Both the position numbers and the translations under genes were made by a program. From Treponemataceae bacterium (GTDB lineage: Bacteria; Spirochaetota; Spirochaetia; Treponematales; Rectinemataceae), in assembly GCA_963678065.2 (NCBI GenBank), contig CAXXVZ010000001.1:1-62017 (forward strand): a stretch of DNA of 62,017 bases, in the 5' to 3' direction. Shown here in pieces: positions 28,764 to 38,198 of the stretch. The notes beneath the pieces were generated by a model. It had not been told where the DNA came from and made no database searches. It was given only the letters and a program-made list of their open reading frames with translations. Position 1 is the stretch's first letter; each line of letters starts with the position of its first letter.

Positions 28764-29318
28764 ATGGCCGGACCGGAACCCGACAGAGACGATTCCCCCT
28801 CCCCTCTGAGGCGCGCGCCGCAGAGTATCGTCATCAGACGGACCACCGGCGACGACTATTTCGGAATCGTGGCCGAATTCCGCTACCGTATGTTTGCCGA
28901 CATCGACCCCGGCGTCGACCACTCAGCCGAAAAGGAAGAATACCTGCGGAAAGTCGTGGACTATTTCCGCCGACACGCCGCCGATCCGGGGCAGATCCTT
29001 GTCTTCGCCTTCGATGAAGACCGCGGAGAAATCCCGGTCGGCTGCGCCGCCATGATAGTCACGGAAAGGCCGCCCCGCCTCGGCGGTCCCCGCAGCAATT
29101 CCGCCTACATCCACAATGTCTACGTGCTGCCTGAATACCGGAAAAGGGGAATAGCCAGGGCCCTCATGGAATTCCTGCACCGCGAAGCGGAAACAATGAA
29201 TGTCCGGCGCATGGGCCTCCACGCCTCGCCTTTCGGAGCTCCCCTGTACTCGTCGATGGGGTACGCGAAAGGCGGCAGGTACATGGAGATGGAGATCGGG
29301 AAACCGGAGCGGAGATGA
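28764..29318 (+). CDS. GNAT acetyltransferase
   Basis: YIHNVYVLPEYRKRGIARAL, LHAS..G.PLY..MGY. Confidence 0.88.
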   Translation: MAGPEPDRDDSPSPLRRAPQSIVIRRTTGDDYFGIVAEFRYRMFADIDPGVDHSAEKEEYLRKVVDYFRRHAADPGQILVFAFDEDRGEIPVGCAAMIVTERPPRLGGPRSNSAYIHNVYVLPEYRKRGIARALMEFLHREAETMNVRRMGLHASPFGAPLYSSMGYAKGGRYMEMEIGKPERR

Positions 29319-29326
29319 AGGGATGA

Positions 29327-30715
29327 TCAGATCGCCCGCTTCATGATCTTGAGCCCATTGGAAGAGGCCACGAAGATAAGCCCCGAACTCTCGTCCGCCG
29401 CGACGAAGTTGAGGTAGTCGGTCTCATCGGCGGTATCCCAGATCCCGGCGACCGGCAACACGGTGGTTTCGCGCTCGGTGGCGGAACCCGCCGGCACTCC
29501 AGGAAGCTCAGCGATCTGGAGCTGACGACCGGAAGCCATGTAGATGTATTTCCCGTCCACGGCCACGGAACCGCAGGAATAGTCGTCCGCATTTTCGCCA
29601 GAGGGAACCTGCACCTTGACCTGGTAGACGGGCTTCTTCGAGAAGCTGAGTGTGTCGTAGGCGTTCATGACGGGTCCCATGGCGGCGAAGGCGATGTCGT
29701 TGTAGAGGTCGACCGTGTTCTTTCCCTGGTAGGCGATGCCATTGTACGAAGGAGAGTACACCTCTCCGATGTCGATGGTCTTGTGGGAGCTGGCGTCGGA
29801 AACGCCGACCTTGTACACGTGCATGACGCCTGCGGGGCCGGCCTGGAGGGAGACATGCTTCTTGAAGGTCGGGTCGATGTCGAGAAACTGGGAATACTTG
29901 TAGTAATCGGCGTCGATGAGCTTGAAGTCGCCGACATTGAGCGCGAAAGTTCCGCCCACTTTACCCGTCGCCGAGGGATCGGTGTTGCCCGCCGTGGCGA
30001 AGACATACTTCGTTGTCTCGAAGATGCCGTTTGCCGCCTGACCGGGGACGACAGTCAGCATCGAGGACTTGTCCGCGGGATCGATGCTGCCGGTGCCATT
30101 GATTGAAAACCGTTCGAGCACCGCGGGGAAGAGTCCATCGGTCGAGGAAAGTCCGAGGGCGGCCGCAAGGCTTTTCGGATCGCGGGCACCCGCCGCGTAC
30201 AGACGCTTGTTCGCGGTGGAGACGAAGAGCGCGGAGATGTCGGTGTCGGTCAGGATGATGGTGTCGACGATCTCGGGGTACTCAGGGTCGGAGATGTCGA
30301 TCACATCGATGGCGCCGCCGTAGGCTTCACCGCGGGTGTTGTAGGCGACATAGGCCAGATTTCCGTAGATGGCGACATAGGTTGCCCCGATGACCTCGGT
30401 CCCCCCGTTGATCTTCGGAGGAACCACGCTGCCGACCATCGTGAAGCTGTCCGATATGGTCTTGACGCCAAGGGCTTTTGATCCGCCCCGGGATTCGAAG
30501 CTGACTGCCGTCTCGGGATTGGAGAGGCGCGAACTGTCCGCGCCTGTCAGGACGCGGCTGGAATTGGCCGAGGAAAGCGTGCTTGCGACCGGGTTCGCAT
30601 AATCGACGCCACCCCATCCTAACTCACCGGACGATTGCGGCTTGCTGAACAGGTTGCATCCTGATAGAGATACAGCTATGACGACGAGGAGAGCGAGGAA
30701 CAGATTCCGTGACAT
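29327..30715 (-). CDS. Lipoprotein with LVIVD-like repeats (beta-propeller)
   Basis: Lipobox LSGC; VAIYGNLAYVA...IDVIDISDP.YP, VAVDGKYIYMA. Confidence 0.75.
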   Translation of the reverse strand: MSRNLFLALLVVIAVSLSGCNLFSKPQSSGELGWGGVDYANPVASTLSSANSSRVLTGADSSRLSNPETAVSFESRGGSKALGVKTISDSFTMVGSVVPPKINGGTEVIGATYVAIYGNLAYVAYNTRGEAYGGAIDVIDISDPEYPEIVDTIILTDTDISALFVSTANKRLYAAGARDPKSLAAALGLSSTDGLFPAVLERFSINGTGSIDPADKSSMLTVVPGQAANGIFETTKYVFATAGNTDPSATGKVGGTFALNVGDFKLIDADYYKYSQFLDIDPTFKKHVSLQAGPAGVMHVYKVGVSDASSHKTIDIGEVYSPSYNGIAYQGKNTVDLYNDIAFAAMGPVMNAYDTLSFSKKPVYQVKVQVPSGENADDYSCGSVAVDGKYIYMASGRQLQIAELPGVPAGSATERETTVLPVAGIWDTADETDYLNFVAADESSGLIFVASSNGLKIMKRAI

Positions 30716-30990
30716 TTTGAATTCCTCCGAACATTTTTAATAAACTTATCATCATTTTAATACCGATATACCGAGTTGTCAACAGGGGGAAGGAAAATTG
30801 AAGAATTTCTTGGCGGGTATCGAATTCCCTCAATCCCGCGAAGCGAGATCGGGAATCTCTTCCTTCCCGGCGCCGCCCTGCGGCAGGTCGCGGGATGTCC
30901 AGCCGGATCGTACTCTCGTCGGGCCGCGTGTTGCCAAAGAGGCAGTTGGCGCACGCGACAAAACCCCGGACGATCCCGTATAGTCAGTGT

Positions 30991-32904
30991 GTGAAATTCC
31001 TCCCCGCCCACCCCTCCGACCTCGCCGCCAGCGGCATGAAGCCAGGAGATCTCGACGCCGTCATCGTCACGGGCGACGCCTACGTCGACCACGCCTCCTT
31101 CGGAGCCGCCGTCATCGGGCGGACGCTCGAGGCGCGAGGCTTCCGGGTCGGCATCATCGCCAGACCCGACCCGGACGATGTCGGAGCCTTCCGCCTCCTC
31201 GGCAGACCCCGGCTCGCCTTTCTCGTGACCGCGGGCGCGATCGACTCCATGGTCTCGAGCTACACCGCCAACAAAAAGCCCCGATCGGAGGACGAGTACG
31301 CTCCGGGAGGGCAGCCCGCAATCTGCCTGCGCGCGGACGGGACGCTCGGCCCGGGCATCCGCGGCCGCGCCAACGCGCGCCCCGACAGGGCGGCCATCGC
31401 GTACACGGGCATGTGCCGCCAGGCCTTCAAGGGCGTGCCCGTCGTGCTGGGCGGGATCGAGGCATCCCTGCGCCGGCTTTCCCATTACGACTACTGGTCC
31501 GACACCGTGCGGCGGTCGATCCTCCTCGATTCGAAGGCGGAGCTACTCGTCTATGGCATGGGCGAGACCGCGATTCTCGAGGTGATGCGCAGGCTCCGCG
31601 ATGCGACGGACAGCGGCGCGGCAGACGCGGACCTTTCCGGAATCCGCGGCACTGCGCGCGCGGCTTCGGCGCTCACCGGGCAGGAGGAGAAGGATGCGCT
31701 TCGCCTCCCCGATTTCGGGGCCCTCGCTCCGGACGACGAGGCCGGACACGCCTCATTCGCCGAGTCGTTCAGGATACAGTACCGCAACACCGATCCGCAC
31801 AGCGCGCGCGTCCTGGTGGAGAAGGCGGACTCGCGCTGGGTGGTCCAGGAGCCGCCCGCCTTTCCGCTCGGGCGCGAGGAGCTGGACAGGCTCCACGAGC
31901 TGCCCTTCGCGCGCGCATGGCACCCCATGTACGAAAAGGCGGGCGGCGTACCCGCCCTCACGGAGGTCAAGTTCTCCCTCGTCTCCAGCCGCGGATGCTT
32001 CGGAGCCTGCTCCTTCTGCTCCCTCACCTTCCACCAGGGCAGGATCATCACCTCGCGCAGCCGGGAATCCCTCGTGCGCGAGGCGAAAATCCTCGCGTCG
32101 ATGCCGGACTTCAAGGGATACATCCACGACGTCGGCGGGCCGACCGCCAATTTCCGGAAAGCCTCCTGCCGCAAAGCGGCGAGTTCGGGAGCCTGCACGG
32201 ACAGGCGCTGCCTCGCGCCCGAGCCCTGCCCTCGGCTCGAGGTCGATCACTCGGACTATCTGGCCCTCCTGCGCGATCTGCGCGCGGTCCCCGGCGTCAA
32301 GAAGGTCTTCATCCGCTCGGGGCTGCGCTTCGACTATCTCATGATGGACTCGAGCGACGCGTTTTTCCGCGAACTCGTGCGGCACCATGTTTCCGGACAG
32401 CTGAAGGTCGCGCCGGAGCATGTGTCGGACCAGGTCCTCGCCCTCATGGGCAAGCCGCCTCGCCGCGTCTTCGACTCCTTCGCCGCGAAATATCGTCAGG
32501 TGAACGCCGAGGAAGGGCTGAAACAGTACCTTGTCTCGTACTTCATCTCCGCCCACCCCGGTTCGGGACTGAAAGAGGCGGTCGAGCTCGCCGAATACCT
32601 GCGCGACTCGGGTTCCGCGCCTGAACAGGTCCAGGATTTCTACCCGACGCCGGGGACCCTGTCCACGGCCATGTACCGGACCGGCATCAATCCCCTGGAC
32701 GGAAGGTTGGTCCACGTGCCGAAGGGCGCGAGAGAGCGCTCGCTCCAGAGGGCGCTCCTGCAGTACTTCAAGCCCGAGAACGCGGGCCTCGTGCGCGAGG
32801 CGCTCAGGCTCGCGGGACGGGAGGATCTGATCGGGCGCGGGCCGCGCTGCCTCGCAGGGCCGGAGCCGGGGAAACAGGGACATGTAGCAGGGAGGAAAAA
32901 GTAA
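30991..32904 (+). CDS. ygiQ: YgiQ family radical SAM protein
   Basis: VTGDAYVDHASFG, GGIEASLRRLSHYDYWSD, RGCFGACSFC, LKVAPEH, QVQDFYPTP. Confidence 0.93.
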   Translation: MKFLPAHPSDLAASGMKPGDLDAVIVTGDAYVDHASFGAAVIGRTLEARGFRVGIIARPDPDDVGAFRLLGRPRLAFLVTAGAIDSMVSSYTANKKPRSEDEYAPGGQPAICLRADGTLGPGIRGRANARPDRAAIAYTGMCRQAFKGVPVVLGGIEASLRRLSHYDYWSDTVRRSILLDSKAELLVYGMGETAILEVMRRLRDATDSGAADADLSGIRGTARAASALTGQEEKDALRLPDFGALAPDDEAGHASFAESFRIQYRNTDPHSARVLVEKADSRWVVQEPPAFPLGREELDRLHELPFARAWHPMYEKAGGVPALTEVKFSLVSSRGCFGACSFCSLTFHQGRIITSRSRESLVREAKILASMPDFKGYIHDVGGPTANFRKASCRKAASSGACTDRRCLAPEPCPRLEVDHSDYLALLRDLRAVPGVKKVFIRSGLRFDYLMMDSSDAFFRELVRHHVSGQLKVAPEHVSDQVLALMGKPPRRVFDSFAAKYRQVNAEEGLKQYLVSYFISAHPGSGLKEAVELAEYLRDSGSAPEQVQDFYPTPGTLSTAMYRTGINPLDGRLVHVPKGARERSLQRALLQYFKPENAGLVREALRLAGREDLIGRGPRCLAGPEPGKQGHVAGRKK

Positions 32905-33821
32905 TGAGCTCACCGCCGGATCAACGAATCGCAATAACGGAAGCGCACTCGCTCTCCGCCGCCGACAGGGCGAAGGCCGAAAAACTCGTCACCCTCTGCG
33001 CTGCCGCGGACGGATTTCCGCAGGAATTCCAGGACGACAGCGCGCTCAACAGCGACAGAACCCTTCCTCCCTGGGTGCTCGCGCACAGCGACTCCGAGCT
33101 TGTCGGCATCGCCTGCCTCTTCGCGCCCTCCCGCCGCGAGGTCGAGGTATCCGCGTGGACCGCGCCGGACTTCCGCCAGAAGGGCGTGTTCGGAGCCCTT
33201 GACGGGGCCATCAGACTGCTCGCCGGAGAGCGGGGCATCCCCTCGCTTCTGTTCTGCGTCGACAGCCGCGCGAAAACCGGAGCGCGCGTCGCGCTGAATC
33301 TCGGCGCAACCCTCGATTTTTCCGAATTCGAGATGGCCTACGATGTCGCACAGGGAAAAAATCGCCGAGAAGCCGGCCTTGAGCGAGTTCCCAAGGCGGT
33401 GTCCGGCTTCGAGGTGAGAAAAACGACCGATTCCGATGTGGACGGGCTGGCGCGCGCGAGCGTGGACATCTTCGGGGACACCGAGGACACGGCGCGCAAT
33501 TTCATCATGGTCTCGATGGCCGCCCCCGCGCGTACGCAGTACACGGCCCTTCTCGAAGGCAGGATCGTCGGCATGTGCGCCACCTCCGTTTCCGGAACTG
33601 CGGGATCCGTCATGATCAACGGCCTCGGCATAATGGCAGCCCTGCGGGGAAAAGGCCTCGGCAGGGCCCTCCTCCACAGGGTGATGGAAATCGCCGCGGA
33701 AGAGGGAGCCGAAAAGATCGTGCTCGAGGTGGACTCAGTCAACGAGGCAGCCTACCCTCTGTACCGGAGCGCAGGCTTCACGGAAACACTGCGCACCGAT
33801 TACTACAGGCTCAAGCTATAG
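32904..33821 (+). CDS. Tandem GNAT acetyltransferase
   Basis: Two AcCoA motifs (PDFRQKGVF; LRGKGLGRALL), LEVDSVN..AY.LYRSAGF. Confidence 0.85.
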   Translation: MSSPPDQRIAITEAHSLSAADRAKAEKLVTLCAAADGFPQEFQDDSALNSDRTLPPWVLAHSDSELVGIACLFAPSRREVEVSAWTAPDFRQKGVFGALDGAIRLLAGERGIPSLLFCVDSRAKTGARVALNLGATLDFSEFEMAYDVAQGKNRREAGLERVPKAVSGFEVRKTTDSDVDGLARASVDIFGDTEDTARNFIMVSMAAPARTQYTALLEGRIVGMCATSVSGTAGSVMINGLGIMAALRGKGLGRALLHRVMEIAAEEGAEKIVLEVDSVNEAAYPLYRSAGFTETLRTDYYRLKL

Positions 33822-35280
33822 TCTCGACCCTGATCATGTTCGTCGTGCCTTCCTGCGCGAGCGGAAGTCCGGCGACGATGACGACTTTGTCGCCCCTGGA
33901 GAGCACCTTGGCGGAGAGGCAGCTGCGCACTGTTTCCGAGACGACCGTGTCGAGCCTCTCTCCGGCGCCCGAAAGCATGAAGGGATAGACTCCCCAGTTC
34001 ATCGCGAGCTGATTGTAGACGACCTCGTCCTTCATGAAGGCGAAGATGGGCATCCTGGGGCGCAGCCGAGAGATGAGACGGGCCGCGTGTCCGGTCTCCG
34101 TGAGCACGATGATGGCCGCGGCGTTGCACTGGTAGGCCACCGACACGGCGTTGTACGACATGATGGCCGGAAGGTCGGTGGACCGAACGGAGGACGGCAC
34201 GTCGTGGTGGAAGTCGAGGTAGTCGAAGGCTATCTCGACCTGGCGGATGATCGAGCTCATGGTCTCGACGACCTTGACGGGGTAGCGGCCCATCGCTGTC
34301 TCGCCCGAGAGCATGACGGCGCTCGTCGAGTCGAAGCAGGCGTTGGCCACGTCGCTCGCCTCCGCGCGCGTGGGCAGAGGGTTCTCGATCATCGACTCGA
34401 GCATCTGGGTGGCCGTGATGACGGGCTTTGCGCCGAGGTAGCCTTTGCGGATTATGCTCTTCTGGGCGATCGGAACGGTCTCGATGGCTATCTCGACGCC
34501 CATGTCGCCGCGCGCGACCATGATGCCGTCGGCGGACTCGACGATCTCGTCGATGTTGGCGAGCCCTATGGCGGACTCGATCTTGGCGATGAGCTTGGGC
34601 GAAGGGCGACGGCCCGAGCCTGTCTTGCAGCGCTGGACGAGGCGGCGCACTTCCTCGAGGTCGGTAGCGCAGCGGACGAAGGAGAGAGCGATGTACTCGA
34701 CCTCTCGCTCCACCGCGAATCCGATGTCGCGGATATCTTTCTCCGAGAGGAAGGGAATCGGATAGTCGACGTGGGGAATGGTGAGGTGGGCCTTGGGCCT
34801 GAGGTTGCCCGGGTTGCCGATCCGGACCGTCACCTTCCCCGGATACTTCGCGACCACCTCGCCGGTGAAGTATCCGTCCATGAGGACGACCCTCTGTCCG
34901 ATCGCGCAGAGTCTGTCGATGTCCGGAAGATTGGTGTAGACCTGGCCGGCGGCCGAGGGCGGGAGCGAATCCATCTCGTCCTGCTGCTTGCTCTCGATCA
35001 CGAGCTCGGTGCCAGCCGCTATTTCGATCGGACTCGAGTAGCCGTAGAGGCGGAGGGCCGGTCCCTTGATGTCGGCCATGATGGCGATAGGAACCTTGTA
35101 TTGGGAGCGGGCCGCCCTGACCATCGCTATGGCCGCGTCGGCTTCCTCGAAGCTCTTGTGGGAAAAATTGAGACGGAAAACATTGACGCCGGCCTGGATG
35201 AGCTTGCCGACAGTCTCCGGGTCTTCCGACGCGGGACCTAACGTTGCTATGATTTTCGTACGCTTATCTAGAATATTCAT
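33811..35280 (-). CDS. pyk: Pyruvate kinase
   Basis: TKIIATLGPAS, RLNFSH, IAKIE, IMVARGDMGVE, ATQMLESM, MLSGETA. Confidence 0.97.
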   Translation of the reverse strand: MNILDKRTKIIATLGPASEDPETVGKLIQAGVNVFRLNFSHKSFEEADAAIAMVRAARSQYKVPIAIMADIKGPALRLYGYSSPIEIAAGTELVIESKQQDEMDSLPPSAAGQVYTNLPDIDRLCAIGQRVVLMDGYFTGEVVAKYPGKVTVRIGNPGNLRPKAHLTIPHVDYPIPFLSEKDIRDIGFAVEREVEYIALSFVRCATDLEEVRRLVQRCKTGSGRRPSPKLIAKIESAIGLANIDEIVESADGIMVARGDMGVEIAIETVPIAQKSIIRKGYLGAKPVITATQMLESMIENPLPTRAEASDVANACFDSTSAVMLSGETAMGRYPVKVVETMSSIIRQVEIAFDYLDFHHDVPSSVRSTDLPAIMSYNAVSVAYQCNAAAIIVLTETGHAARLISRLRPRMPIFAFMKDEVVYNQLAMNWGVYPFMLSGAGERLDTVVSETVRSCLSAKVLSRGDKVVIVAGLPLAQEGTTNMIRVETIA

Positions 35281-35461
35281 GAAAACCTCGCATTCGTAAA
35301 ATCTGTGCTGACCCTAGCATAAAGGGCCAGGAAAAGCATAGCGGGGGGAAAAGGCGACCACCAGGCTGCCCGCCGGGGCAGCCCTCGCGGGCAGCCGTCG
35401 AGCCGGCCGCAAGACACAGTCCCCGGAACTGCGTGGAAAGATCTCCGGTCTCCTCTCGCGC

Positions 35462-36106
35462 TCACTCGTCCATCTCGGAATCCGGGCCCCTGGACGGAAA
35501 CTCCCATGACCTTGTCTTCACGTAGCGTCTGAGCGCGCGCCGGGTCGAATCGAAGGCGATGTCGTCCCAGGGAATCTGTGAAACCTCGATGAAGGAGAGA
35601 CATGTCGACTCCTCCTCGTCGCAGTCGTAATCCTCGGGATCGAGGCTGTGTGCCCGCGACCAGAAATACATGTCGCAGGTCGCGTAGGGGATGTCGTGGT
35701 AGCGGTAGATATTGGGATAGGAGGCGAGGAACTCGATACGCTCGGGCGCCCAGCCGATCTCCTCGCGGCATTCGCGGATGGCCGCGTCTTCGGCCCGCTC
35801 TCCCGGTTCGACGAATCCTCCCGGCAAGGCCAGCTTGCCCTTCGCCGGCTCTCTGGCGCGGACGACGAAGACAATCCTGCCGCCGCATTCCAGGATGATG
35901 CCGGCTGCCGTGGCCACATTGTGGAAGTACTCGAAACCGCAGTCCGGGCAGCGCCAGAGCCTGCCCCGCTGCGAATAGAGGTGGGAGCTCGCGCAGGCCG
36001 GGCAGAAGCGGAAGGCGGCGCCGGCTTCCGCCAGGTCCGAGAACCGGAGCGTGCGCTCGGTCGGGGACTCGGTTCCGGGCGCAGGCACCGCGCCGATCTC
36101 TTCCAT
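35462..36106 (-). CDS. Zinc-ribbon NUDIX hydrolase
   Basis: FCPAC...CPDC; Nudix box GGFVEPGERAEDAAIRECREEIG. Confidence 0.9.
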   Translation of the reverse strand: MEEIGAVPAPGTESPTERTLRFSDLAEAGAAFRFCPACASSHLYSQRGRLWRCPDCGFEYFHNVATAAGIILECGGRIVFVVRAREPAKGKLALPGGFVEPGERAEDAAIRECREEIGWAPERIEFLASYPNIYRYHDIPYATCDMYFWSRAHSLDPEDYDCDEEESTCLSFIEVSQIPWDDIAFDSTRRALRRYVKTRSWEFPSRGPDSEMDE

Positions 36107-36236
36107 ATACCTCTTCCCCCTTACCCCCTTGAGGGGTCGCGCGACAGTCGGAAGCTTCGGCCTGCCTCCGGATGGATCCTGGACGATGCCCTGAAAACGC
36201 GGCATTCACTTCCGGTCCATATTTGCGTAGATTAAC

Positions 36237-36279
36237 AATCAGGGTGTTGAAAAACTCCGCGTTTTCCAACACCTTGATT
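36237..36279. repeat. 19-bp imperfect inverted repeat directly upstream of uvrC
   Basis: AATCAGGGTGTTGAAAAAC-TCCGC-GTTTTCCAACACCTTGATT (17/19 complementary). Confidence 0.85.
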
Positions 36280-36286
36280 ATACATC

Positions 36287-38137
36287 ATGGACGAAGAAAC
36301 GATCCCTGTCGTCCCCGCACAGGGCACGAAAAAAAAACGATCCGAAACCGTGGAGCGCAGCGCGCGTTTCCGCGCCATGGTCCGTCAGGCTCCGGCAGAA
36401 GCCGGCGTCTACATCATGAAGGATGCCGAAGGCACGATCATCTACGTCGGCAAGGCCAAAGTTCTCCGCAACCGACTCTCCTCGTATTTTTCCGGCCGCA
36501 AGGACATCAAGACGAGACACCTTGTCGCCCACATCTCGACGATAGAGTGGATTCTCGCCGGCAGCGAGTACGAGGCCCTCCTCCTCGAAAACAACCTCAT
36601 CAAAAAACACACGCCCCGGTACAACATCAACCTGAAGGACGGAAAGACCTATCCCTGCATCCGGATAACCAACGAAGAATTCCCCCGAATCTTCCGCACC
36701 AGACGCATCATCCACGACGGAAGCAAGTACTTCGGCCCCTTTCCCGGCGCCGACATCATCGACACCTACCTCGACCTCATAAAACGCCTCTTCCCCCTGC
36801 GCCGATGCTCGGTCATGCGGCCTCGCGAGACGCCCTGCATGTACTACCATATCGACCGCTGCCCCGGACCCTGCGCGGGCAAGATCACGAAAGAGGACTA
36901 CCTCGCCCGCGTCGACGAGATCACGAAGCTCCTCTCGGGCGAAACTGCGGCCCTCCTCGCCGAACTCCGCGAGCGCATGGCGAAGGCCGCGGCGGAACTC
37001 AAGTTCGAGCAGGCCGTCCGTCTCAGGGACTCCATAGTCGCGATCGAACAGTTCGAGGGAAGGTCCAGCGCCGTCGACTTCGATCCGGCGGCCCGCGATT
37101 ACATCGCTTGGGCGAGCGACGGCGACCTCATCAGCTTCGTCGTCTTCCAGATGCGCGGCGGCAAGCTGACCGGCCGGGATCTCTTCCGCAGCCTGCACTA
37201 CGCCGAGGAAGACGAGGCACTGCAGGACTTCCTCATGGGCTACTACACGGTGGAGCGACTGCCTCCACCCGAAGTCTACGTGCAGAAAAACCCCGACCTC
37301 GGGCTTGTCTCCGAATATTGTTCGAGGGAACTCGGCGCCGCGGTCTCCTTCCTTCTTCCCGTGGACGCGCGGCACGCGGCCGCCGTCAATCTCGCCGCCC
37401 AAAATGCCAAGGAAGACGTCGCGAAGCGGCGCCGCGAGACAGGCGACATCCCCGCCCTCCGGGAACTGAAGCTCGCCCTCGGCCTCTCCGACCTGCCACT
37501 CCGGATCGAGGGCTTCGACATCGCCCAGCTCGGCGGCACGAACACGGTGGCCTCGCTGATATCCTTCAAGAACGGCATCCCGGACAAAAAGAACTACCGC
37601 TATTTCAAGATAAAGAGCCTGGACGGGGCGATCGACGATTTCGGCGCCATCCGCGAGGCCGTCGGGCGCCGCTACACCCGCCTCGTCAACGAGGAGGCCG
37701 AGCTTCCGGACCTCGTCCTCATAGACGGCGGCGCCGGCCAGGTATCGGCCGCGAAGGAGATCCTGGACACGCTTGGCGTGGATTGCGAACTCGCCGGGCT
37801 CGCCAAGCGCAACGAGGAGATCTACCTGCCCGATCGCGCCGAGCCCGTCATCCTTCCCAAGGACTCACCCGCCCTCCGCGTCCTCGTCGCCGTGCGCGAC
37901 GAGACCCACCGCTTTGCGACGGGGCTTTCGCGGAAACTCCGCGGCGAGGCCTTGCGCTTCGGCATCCTCGAGGAGATCGAAGGCGTCGGACCTGCACGCG
38001 CCAAAAAACTGATGAGAGTGTACGGCTCCATGGACATGATAGCCGCCGCGGAGGTCGACGCGATCGCGAAAACCGGCGGCATGGGGATCGCTGTCGCGCA
38101 GAGAGTCAAATCCACGCTTTGTGCGCGTCTGTCTTGA
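36287..38137 (+). CDS. uvrC: Excinuclease ABC subunit C
   Basis: GIY-YIG (GVYIM...IYVGKAK), Cys cluster, UVR domain, RIEGFDI, DGGAGQ, RDETHRFA, HhH. Confidence 0.97.
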   Translation: MDEETIPVVPAQGTKKKRSETVERSARFRAMVRQAPAEAGVYIMKDAEGTIIYVGKAKVLRNRLSSYFSGRKDIKTRHLVAHISTIEWILAGSEYEALLLENNLIKKHTPRYNINLKDGKTYPCIRITNEEFPRIFRTRRIIHDGSKYFGPFPGADIIDTYLDLIKRLFPLRRCSVMRPRETPCMYYHIDRCPGPCAGKITKEDYLARVDEITKLLSGETAALLAELRERMAKAAAELKFEQAVRLRDSIVAIEQFEGRSSAVDFDPAARDYIAWASDGDLISFVVFQMRGGKLTGRDLFRSLHYAEEDEALQDFLMGYYTVERLPPPEVYVQKNPDLGLVSEYCSRELGAAVSFLLPVDARHAAAVNLAAQNAKEDVAKRRRETGDIPALRELKLALGLSDLPLRIEGFDIAQLGGTNTVASLISFKNGIPDKKNYRYFKIKSLDGAIDDFGAIREAVGRRYTRLVNEEAELPDLVLIDGGAGQVSAAKEILDTLGVDCELAGLAKRNEEIYLPDRAEPVILPKDSPALRVLVAVRDETHRFATGLSRKLRGEALRFGILEEIEGVGPARAKKLMRVYGSMDMIAAAEVDAIAKTGGMGIAVAQRVKSTLCARLS

Positions 38138-38198
38138 GAAATTATGAGAAAGCGTATACGGTATCGATACGAATTTATGGAATGACAAGGAGAAACGC

